Source of the DNA: Opitutaceae bacterium
GTDB lineage: Bacteria; Verrucomicrobiota; Verrucomicrobiia; Opitutales; Opitutaceae
Length of the DNA stretch: 64,000 nucleotides
Reading direction: 5' to 3'
NCBI GenBank assembly: GCA_028688225.1
Contig: JAQTYQ010000001.1
Coordinates: 115,664-179,663, forward strand
Shown here: positions 27,126-34,217 of the stretch, piece after piece
Layout of the letters: each line of letters begins with the position of its first letter
Numbering within the stretch: the stretch's first letter is position 1
Translations under genes and position numbers: made by a program
Notes under the pieces: generated by a model
Database searches by the model: none
What the model was told of the DNA's origin: nothing
Seen by the model: only the letters and a program-made list of their open reading frames with translations

Positions 27126-29435
27126 TCAGCAAGGCATGAGCTTCTCCGATTCATACCAACGGCGGCACACCGCCACATCAAAAGGACGCGCCCCCGCCAG
27201 GTAGTGATTGCGGGACTGAGCAGCATCACCCTGCCATTCGATCTGATAAAAAGCCTGCACCTTGGATGCCGGCACCTGGCCGAGGATTTTCCGGCCGTTG
27301 GCGGGAAGCACTGCCCTCCCGTTGAACAGGCAATCAGCACGGCAACGAACCATGACCTGAATCTCGACCGCACGGAGTGTGTCGTTCACCGCCACCACCG
27401 CCTGCATACCCGCCTCCGGCTCGTCGAGCATCACGCAGACATCCTGCTGGACGCGTTTGATGACGTGATAAGCCAGCTTGCGCGACCCGTAATAGTCGAC
27501 CACGGCATCCGATATTTGGGGCCAGCCATCGCGCACGTTCCACCAGAGAATGCCGGAACGACGCCCCTTGCTGATGCGGAAACGCTCGATAAAGAACTTC
27601 AACGCCTCGGCCTGGGAAACCTGCGAGGCGAAAACAAAATCGTCCAGATTGTCCGGCACCGCGCCGAAAAGCACGCGGATCTGGTGCGCCATCAGAGGGA
27701 TCCGGTAGTTGTAGGATGTCCCCTGTCGTTGCGGACGAACGGCGTGGGTGAGCCACTCATCATTATCCGGCCACGGCCAGAGGTGCCCGGGCGTCATCAT
27801 CTTTTCCAGCGACGCACGGGCGGGGCAACCATGGTAGCCGATCTCGCTGGCAAAATGGGCATTGGACGACAGGTAGTACGAACCCTTGAAATCGTCGCGC
27901 GGACCCCACAAATGATCCTCCGGCCGCAATTCGTGGGGAGCGCCCAAACGCCACAGTGTCGAATTGAGGTAAGGCGAACTGGGCAGATATTCGCGCCAGG
28001 GATCCAGGCGGCGACAGGCCGACGCCAGCACTTGGCGGGAAATCTGGTCGTCCACATTCGGATCGCTCGTCGGTTTGGCGAAGGTGTAGAAGGCGTCGAT
28101 CTCGTTGTTGCCCGCCCACAGCACCAGCGACGGATGATTGCGCAGAAGCGGAATGATGGTCTCGGCCTCCCGCCGGACCTTTTCATGAAACTCCGGCGTC
28201 TGTGGATAAAGGGCGCACGCCAAGGCAAAATCCTGCCAGACCATGATGCCCGCCTCATCGCACCGGCGGAAGAATGCCTCCGATTCGTAGACATTGCCGC
28301 CCCAGCACCGGATCATGTTGCAGTTGAGATCGACCACCAGATCAAAGGTCTCCTCCAGACGCGCGGCGTCGCGGCTGTGGAAGGCGTCGAGCGGCACCCA
28401 GTTGGTGCCGCGGACAAAGACCTTCTGGCCGTTGACCACGAAGGCAAACTCACCCTTTGCATCCCGATTCGTACATTCCGTCATCTCCAGCTTGACGGAC
28501 CGGAAGCCGTAGCGGGTCTGCCACTCCGACTGCATTTGCCCCTTTTCATCCACCAGCTCCAGCCGCACGTCGTAAAGCGCAGGCGGGCCGTAGCCCCGCG
28601 GCCACCAGCAGTCGACCCTCTCCAGTTCGCAACGGGCACCGCCGTGGGCGCACAGGACAGGGAAAAGCTTCTCATAGACAATCGTCTGATCCGTCGGCGC
28701 CGTCACTGTCAGGCGCACCGACCAAGAGTCAATCGGCCATGTGTCGGTGCCGAGATCCCACCTCACCATCAGGCGGGCACTGCGTTTGGCCGGATCAACG
28801 GACGCGGTCGCCAGGTAGACGCTGCGGAAGCGGGTAGCCGGAATCATTTCCAAATAGACAGCGCGCCACAAGCCGGCGGAGACGACGCGGGGCATGATAT
28901 CCCACCCGAAACCATGCGCGGCCTTGCGGATCGAGAGGGCTTCCCAGTTGTTTTCCATCGCCCACTGCCCCGCCTCGACCGGCCGCTCCTGAGCCGCCAG
29001 CACGACCGAATCGATGCCGATCACGAGATTGTTTTCTCCGGCCCGCAGGCGGCCGGTCACGTCGAGCCGATGCGGAATCAGCATGTTCTCCAGCGTCCCG
29101 ATCCGCCCGCCGTTGAGCCAGACGGTGGCCAGCGTATCGACCCCCTCCAGCACGAGCTCGCACCGCTCGGAGGTCGCCTGATCCGGCACCGTGAAAGTGC
29201 GCAAATACCACCACTGCTGCGTCTCGATCTTGCGCAGCTCATAGATATTGTTTCCGCGCTCCAGTTCCCCTGGCAGCAGGCCGGCGCGGATCAGGTCGAG
29301 TTCCACATTCCCCGGCACCCGCGCCGGGATCGGTTTCCACTCCGCCGGGATTTCCGGGCTCTCCATTTGCGCCGCGCGCTTGCGCTGCCGGCCGTACTGC
29401 AACGTCCACGCTCCATCGAGATCGATCCGCTTCAT
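27126..29435 (-). CDS. Glycoside hydrolase family 2 beta-mannosidase
   Basis: CWGGNVYESEAFFRRCDEAGIMVWQDFALACALYP and NWVPLDAFHSRD are typical of GH2 beta-mannosidases. The start is set at the ATG at 29435 (MKRIDLDGAWTL). The track ORF extension overlaps the upstream gene. Confidence 0.9.
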   Translation of the reverse strand: MKRIDLDGAWTLQYGRQRKRAAQMESPEIPAEWKPIPARVPGNVELDLIRAGLLPGELERGNNIYELRKIETQQWWYLRTFTVPDQATSERCELVLEGVDTLATVWLNGGRIGTLENMLIPHRLDVTGRLRAGENNLVIGIDSVVLAAQERPVEAGQWAMENNWEALSIRKAAHGFGWDIMPRVVSAGLWRAVYLEMIPATRFRSVYLATASVDPAKRSARLMVRWDLGTDTWPIDSWSVRLTVTAPTDQTIVYEKLFPVLCAHGGARCELERVDCWWPRGYGPPALYDVRLELVDEKGQMQSEWQTRYGFRSVKLEMTECTNRDAKGEFAFVVNGQKVFVRGTNWVPLDAFHSRDAARLEETFDLVVDLNCNMIRCWGGNVYESEAFFRRCDEAGIMVWQDFALACALYPQTPEFHEKVRREAETIIPLLRNHPSLVLWAGNNEIDAFYTFAKPTSDPNVDDQISRQVLASACRRLDPWREYLPSSPYLNSTLWRLGAPHELRPEDHLWGPRDDFKGSYYLSSNAHFASEIGYHGCPARASLEKMMTPGHLWPWPDNDEWLTHAVRPQRQGTSYNYRIPLMAHQIRVLFGAVPDNLDDFVFASQVSQAEALKFFIERFRISKGRRSGILWWNVRDGWPQISDAVVDYYGSRKLAYHVIKRVQQDVCVMLDEPEAGMQAVVAVNDTLRAVEIQVMVRCRADCLFNGRAVLPANGRKILGQVPASKVQAFYQIEWQGDAAQSRNHYLAGARPFDVAVCRRWYESEKLMPC

Positions 29436-29455
29436 GATGACAGCCCGCCGAGGCG

Positions 29456-30070
29456 CTACGCAAAAAAGTGCGCTTCCAACATCAGGCACAGCGCGTGATA
29501 AACGGGCAGGTGCAGCTCCTGCACCTTGTGGGTTTCCGTTTCGGGAACCCGGATGCAGACATCGCACAGTGCCGCCATGGCGCCGCCATCCTGCCCCGTC
29601 ATTCCGAGCGTCATCATCCCCTTGGCCCGGGCCACCTTGAGGGCGTGCAGGACGTTCCGGGAATTCCCCGATGTGCTCAATCCCCAGAGCACATCCCCGG
29701 GCCGGCCGTAGCCAAAAACCTGCTGGGCGAAGACGAGATCCGGCGCGACGTCATTGGCAAACGCGGTGGCCAGGCTCGTTTGTCCGGTCAGGGCCACCGC
29801 CCGGAGCGCGCCCTCGAGACGGGCGGCCAGATAATCATCGTTCAACCTGGCCCGCATCCCGGCTGAGAGCCGCCGGTGCGCCGCGAATGATTTCATCAAC
29901 TCGCCGACGATATGCTCGGCATCGGCGGCGCTTCCGCCGTTGCCGCAGAGGTACACCACCCCGTCTTTTTCATAGCAGCCGCGCAGCGCATCAAACGCCT
30001 GCTGGATGGTGGAGGTGCAACCCTCCAAGCGGGGATACCGTTCACATAATTCAAGAAGACTTCTGTTCAT
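29456..30070 (-). CDS. SIS-domain sugar-phosphate isomerase, GmhA (sedoheptulose-7-phosphate isomerase)-like
   Basis: GmhA-type motifs CGNGGSAADAEH, LSTSGNSRNV, TGQDGG and QELHLPVYH. Confidence 0.85.
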   Translation of the reverse strand: MNRSLLELCERYPRLEGCTSTIQQAFDALRGCYEKDGVVYLCGNGGSAADAEHIVGELMKSFAAHRRLSAGMRARLNDDYLAARLEGALRAVALTGQTSLATAFANDVAPDLVFAQQVFGYGRPGDVLWGLSTSGNSRNVLHALKVARAKGMMTLGMTGQDGGAMAALCDVCIRVPETETHKVQELHLPVYHALCLMLEAHFFA

Positions 30071-31014
30071 TGCATCGCCTCCAATCCGTTTTGCGCCACC
30101 GTCAGCGCGGCAGCATCACCGATTCTGTCCCCCAGCTCCGCGGCCCGAACCGTACATACCCGCAGGGCTTCCGCGAGACACTCCTCCTGCATCACCCGTT
30201 CCATGGCGGGACGGATCAAGGCCTCATTCCGGGCAAAGATGCTGCCGACCACAATGCGATCGAGATTAAGCAAATCAACTGCCAGCGCGAGGGCCCGCCC
30301 CAGCTTTTCGCCGACCTCGGCATAGATCTGAAGCGCCAGCGCATCGTCCTGCCGGGCGGCTTCGGCAACGCTCTTCGCCAAAAGCGCCTTGAGCTCACTC
30401 AAGGCCGACGTTCGTCCTGCCGCCCGGTGTTCATCCAGCCGTAGCCGGGCAAGTTGGGCAATCCCGCCGCCGCCGCAGAAACCCTCCACCGAACCGGCCT
30501 TGCCGTATCCCACCGGGCCATCCGGCGTCAGCCGGACATGGCCGAGTTCACCGGCATTGCCGTTGGTGCCTTCATAAAGCCTGCCCTCCAGGATCAATCC
30601 GCAGCCGAAGCCCGTCCCCATGGTGCAAAACATCAGGTTGCGGCTGCCGCGCCCTGCGCCGTAGCGCCATTCGGCCAACGCACCGGCGTTGGCGTCGTTC
30701 TGCAGGAACGCCGCGACCCCAAAACGCTCGGAAAAATAACGGGTAACCGGCACGGCCGCCCATCCTGGCAGGTTGGGCGGCGAGAGGACTAGACCCGTCT
30801 TTGCACACAGCGGGCCGCCGCAGACAATCCCGATGGCATCGATGCGCCCGGTCTCCTGCAGCAAGTCACGCGCATGCATCTCCAACGCCGCGAGCGTCGC
30901 ATCCGGCCCCTGCCCCGTGGCAAACTCCCGGCGCGCGAACACGCGCGCTGCCGCGTCGCCGGTACAGACCGCAGACTTGGTGCCGCCGATATCAATGCCA
31001 AGGAATCGTTTCAT
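30067..31014 (-). CDS. ROK-family sugar kinase
   Basis: LGIDIGGTK N-terminal ATPase motif and NDANAGALAEW...GTGFGCG...GNAGELGH. ATGA overlap with the SIS gene. The start is at the ATG at 31014. Confidence 0.88.
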   Translation of the reverse strand: MKRFLGIDIGGTKSAVCTGDAAARVFARREFATGQGPDATLAALEMHARDLLQETGRIDAIGIVCGGPLCAKTGLVLSPPNLPGWAAVPVTRYFSERFGVAAFLQNDANAGALAEWRYGAGRGSRNLMFCTMGTGFGCGLILEGRLYEGTNGNAGELGHVRLTPDGPVGYGKAGSVEGFCGGGGIAQLARLRLDEHRAAGRTSALSELKALLAKSVAEAARQDDALALQIYAEVGEKLGRALALAVDLLNLDRIVVGSIFARNEALIRPAMERVMQEECLAEALRVCTVRAAELGDRIGDAAALTVAQNGLEAMQ

Positions 31015-31319
31015 GGGGGCGTGGGGAGAGCGTGACGAATCAAGAGGGGAAATAGGTCGGTGACGAGGCAGCATCTTGCAATAAAATACAGGGCATGATG
31101 TGTGACTGGAACGATTGGCTGGCTACTACGATGGGGAGAATGTCGTTCACTGGCCAGCATTTCACCGTAGCAAGGAGTTGGCTTGGGTCGATGGCGGAAT
31201 CCGATCGGCACGATGCGCCCATGATCGGTCGGTCGCAATGTTTCCGGCTTGCCGCCTGCTCCGGAAGGGTCCCCCATGTCCGCAGATTATCTCTCACCGT
31301 TGCGGGTAAATCGTAGGCG

Positions 31320-33062
31320 ATGGAAACCGTGCATCTTATGAACTCTGGATCCCTCTTCGGTCAGTTGGTGAAGAACGCAGGCCTCGCCGCCGTGGCGGTG
31401 CTCGCCTTCGCGCTAGACAGTCTTCGGACTGTATCCGCACAAGCGGTTGACAGCGCCAGACAGCCCTTAACGGCAGCACAGCACACCGACGAAATGATGC
31501 TCGTGCCGAGCGCAGAACGGGTCGTGGGAACATCTCTGGAAGAGCGGCAGGAACTGGCCAAGCGATTCGCCTGTGATCCGACGTGGCTGAATGACGACCT
31601 CGAAAAGCGCGCCGTGCATCTGGCCCCTTTTTGGATCGACCGTTTTCCGGTTTCGAACGGGCAATATTACGCGTTCGTCGAGGCGACGGGAGCAAGGGCA
31701 CCCTGGTTCGAGGGCCGGTTCCCGGCCGCCGCCGCCGATCATCCGGTCGTGGGCATCAGCTACCCGGAGGCCGAGGCTTATGCGAAGTGGGTTGGGAAGC
31801 GACTGCCGACAGCCGAAGAATGGGAAGTCGCGGCACAACCGGGCAAAGCCGGGCTCTTCCTGTGGGGTGACGATTGGCCGGGGCCGGTCCAACCGCTCCC
31901 GCGGAGCGTCATACCTGACTGGCAGCGACCGGGGACGAAACGCCTCGGCTCGGGTCAGCACGGGCGCAGCGCGGCCGGGATGGAGGATTTCATCCAGCAG
32001 GTGTGCGAATGGACCAGCTCCACAATGCCGCATCACGGCACCACCTTCGTGCAAGTCAAGGGCACGAGCTGGCTCAACGAAGACCCGGTCAACTTCCGCA
32101 CCGCCGCCAGCTCCTGGGCCGCGGGCTTCTTCTCGACGCCGTGGATCGGATTTCGCTGTGCCTTGGATGGGGCCAGTCAACCGGCCGCAGTACCGAGCAA
32201 AATTCCGCCCGGGACTCCGCCAGCCTCAGACACGGCGAGTCCGGCCCCCGGGGCTGTCGCCGGCGGCGTTGAAGTTTACCCCCTGCGCAACGCCCCCGCC
32301 GATCTCGATGCCGGCCTGCTGTGGTGGAACCGTAACTGGCTCGGCGGGAGTTCCGCCACACCCATTCCGCAATCCCGGGGTTTCCTTTTCCGCGCGCCCG
32401 TGATGGGCCCCTGGCCCGTCTGCCTCTTTCTGGCCGAGATGCTGTCCTGGAACGGCAAGCCGTTGCTGACGCTCGGGCCCATAAACACAAATCCCTCCCT
32501 CGAGGAGATCAAAACGGAGAGCGGAAGGCCGGCCTATCGACTCACATTCAAGGAAATCGGTCTTACTTATGAATTTGTCGCCGGCGCAGATTTTGTCGAC
32601 CTGCTCACGACCATCGCCAACCGGACCGACCAGGCCGGGACCTTCAGCACGAGCTCCTGTTTCAGCCTGACCTGTAATCCGCTCTTTTACGACGGCGAGA
32701 TGGTGCGGACTTACCAGTTGACCCGGAACGCAGGATTCGTACCGCTGCGACAGATTCCGCGTCCGGGCGACTGCGTCCGCTGGATCGAGCCGTCCGATTC
32801 GACGCAGTACGGCGGTCCAGGCAATCCGGGGACGATGGCTGTTGTCTCGCGGGATGGTAAGTGGACGTTTGCCTCCGTGCGATTCGAAACCGGCGCGGCA
32901 TTCACCGTCCAGGGAAACACCTGGCTCAATTGCCTGCACACCGATGCTCCCGTGACCGTCGACGCCCATTCGTCGCGGACGACGCGTCAACGTCTGTATT
33001 TCCTCAGGGGCGATCTGAAAACCCTCCAGTCGCGTCTGCAGCAAGACCTGGGAACGCCTTAA
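31320..33062 (+). CDS. Secreted protein with an N-terminal FGE-sulfatase (SUMF1/C-type-lectin-fold) domain and an uncharacterised C-terminal domain of about 290 aa
   Basis: FWIDRFPVSNGQYYAFV, HPVVGISYPEAEAYAKWVGKRLPTAEEWE and WIGFRCA are hallmarks of the FGE-sulfatase fold. A signal-like N-terminus is present. I recognise no family for the C-terminal half. Confidence 0.8.
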   Translation: METVHLMNSGSLFGQLVKNAGLAAVAVLAFALDSLRTVSAQAVDSARQPLTAAQHTDEMMLVPSAERVVGTSLEERQELAKRFACDPTWLNDDLEKRAVHLAPFWIDRFPVSNGQYYAFVEATGARAPWFEGRFPAAAADHPVVGISYPEAEAYAKWVGKRLPTAEEWEVAAQPGKAGLFLWGDDWPGPVQPLPRSVIPDWQRPGTKRLGSGQHGRSAAGMEDFIQQVCEWTSSTMPHHGTTFVQVKGTSWLNEDPVNFRTAASSWAAGFFSTPWIGFRCALDGASQPAAVPSKIPPGTPPASDTASPAPGAVAGGVEVYPLRNAPADLDAGLLWWNRNWLGGSSATPIPQSRGFLFRAPVMGPWPVCLFLAEMLSWNGKPLLTLGPINTNPSLEEIKTESGRPAYRLTFKEIGLTYEFVAGADFVDLLTTIANRTDQAGTFSTSSCFSLTCNPLFYDGEMVRTYQLTRNAGFVPLRQIPRPGDCVRWIEPSDSTQYGGPGNPGTMAVVSRDGKWTFASVRFETGAAFTVQGNTWLNCLHTDAPVTVDAHSSRTTRQRLYFLRGDLKTLQSRLQQDLGTP

Positions 33063-33236
33063 TCCCCCGCGAGCGCACCGCGTCAGGTCCGAACCATCGC
33101 GCGATGTTTTCGGCAGCCGTGGTCATATTCGCCAGTCTGGAAGCTGGGATGCCGCATCAACGCCTTACAGTCCATGGTTGTCGAAATCCTTTCGGGTGGC
33201 CTCGCGGAAGAGAAAGATGGACGAAACACCGAGGCA

Positions 33237-34217
33237 TCAGGGATCAGAGACATTGACCCCAGGTGTGCCGGGCGGAAACAGATTCCGCTTCGGATCGAAC
33301 TCCAGGTTCCGGTCGTTGGGCATTGGATTAAAATAGTACATGAACGATAACAACCCACGCGCATCGCAACGGAAATCCCCAAACACTTTCGCATAATTTG
33401 CGGAGATAATATTGCCATCTTTGTCCAGTTTCACACGCGTGCGTAGAAAGAAACCTATATCACTTCTCGCTGTGACGGGATCGTAGCTGTTGGCAGCGTA
33501 ATGCCAAGTCGGCACATAACCGTCCGCAGGTGCTTCGCGAGGCAGTTTCAGCCGACTGTAGGGCAAAAAGCGTTTTTCTTCGGCGAGGCCCTCCTTTTCA
33601 GAAGGGAAGGAGATTTCGACATTGCCTTCCCATCTACCGTACCAAAATCGAATTTCATCCTCGCTCCGCCGGGGGTTGGTACCACGCTGGCGTGATTCCG
33701 CCATTTCTTTGTCGCTGTAGTTCCAACCCGTGAACTCTCTCGTAAACTTGAAACGGATATCGCTGACTTTGCCCACGCCGTATGGCGCGACCATGTCGCC
33801 TACTTCGAAGTCAAAATCAAGCCATTCATTCGGTTTCAACAATTGGAGGGGATTGCTTTCCCCAAGCTCAATTCGTCGAGCATGCAGGGGTATAGGATGA
33901 ACGATCATTGGCAATACAACTGTGACATCCAAATCGCGATCTCGAGGTAGTGATCGGAGCTGTGCGTCGTAGTAGCCGTTTTTCCTAACGCGGACGTAGA
34001 CACTATGCTCAGCTTCACCGACGGCCGAGTACAAACCGTTTTGATCGGTAACACCGATGTGTTCTACATCACTTCCCAGCCTAACCATCGCAAAGCCAAC
34101 GAGCGTATCTGCGTTGCTAATCGGTCGCGAATCTTCATCTAGCACTCGCAGTCGAACTTCGCTTCCAAACAGGGGGAAAGCGAGCAGAGCCAAAGCAATG
34201 GACATGATATGTTTCAT
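33237..34217 (-). CDS. Hypothetical secreted protein (326 aa) with an N-terminal carboxypeptidase-regulatory-like beta-sandwich
   Basis: Signal peptide MKHIMSIALALLAFPLFG. VRLRVLDEDSRPISNA...TDQNGLY...KNGYY resembles CarboxypepD_reg. ATGA overlap with the upstream gene. About 45-53% GC. Confidence 0.65.
   Translation of the reverse strand: MKHIMSIALALLAFPLFGSEVRLRVLDEDSRPISNADTLVGFAMVRLGSDVEHIGVTDQNGLYSAVGEAEHSVYVRVRKNGYYDAQLRSLPRDRDLDVTVVLPMIVHPIPLHARRIELGESNPLQLLKPNEWLDFDFEVGDMVAPYGVGKVSDIRFKFTREFTGWNYSDKEMAESRQRGTNPRRSEDEIRFWYGRWEGNVEISFPSEKEGLAEEKRFLPYSRLKLPREAPADGYVPTWHYAANSYDPVTARSDIGFFLRTRVKLDKDGNIISANYAKVFGDFRCDARGLLSFMYYFNPMPNDRNLEFDPKRNLFPPGTPGVNVSDP

Noticed and set aside
25610-29498. 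403-aa minus-strand ORF and 764-aa plus-strand ORF overlapping the GH26 and GH2 genes
   Set aside because: They are antisense to genes with clear glycoside hydrolase signatures, and the sequences are Arg/His/Pro-rich nonsense.
31320-33062. Possibility that the FGE/C-type-lectin-fold protein is a diversity-generating retroelement target
   Set aside because: There is no reverse transcriptase gene in the window, and I could not see a template-repeat copy of its 3' lectin-fold segment. In addition, the lectin fold is N-terminal rather than at the C-terminus.
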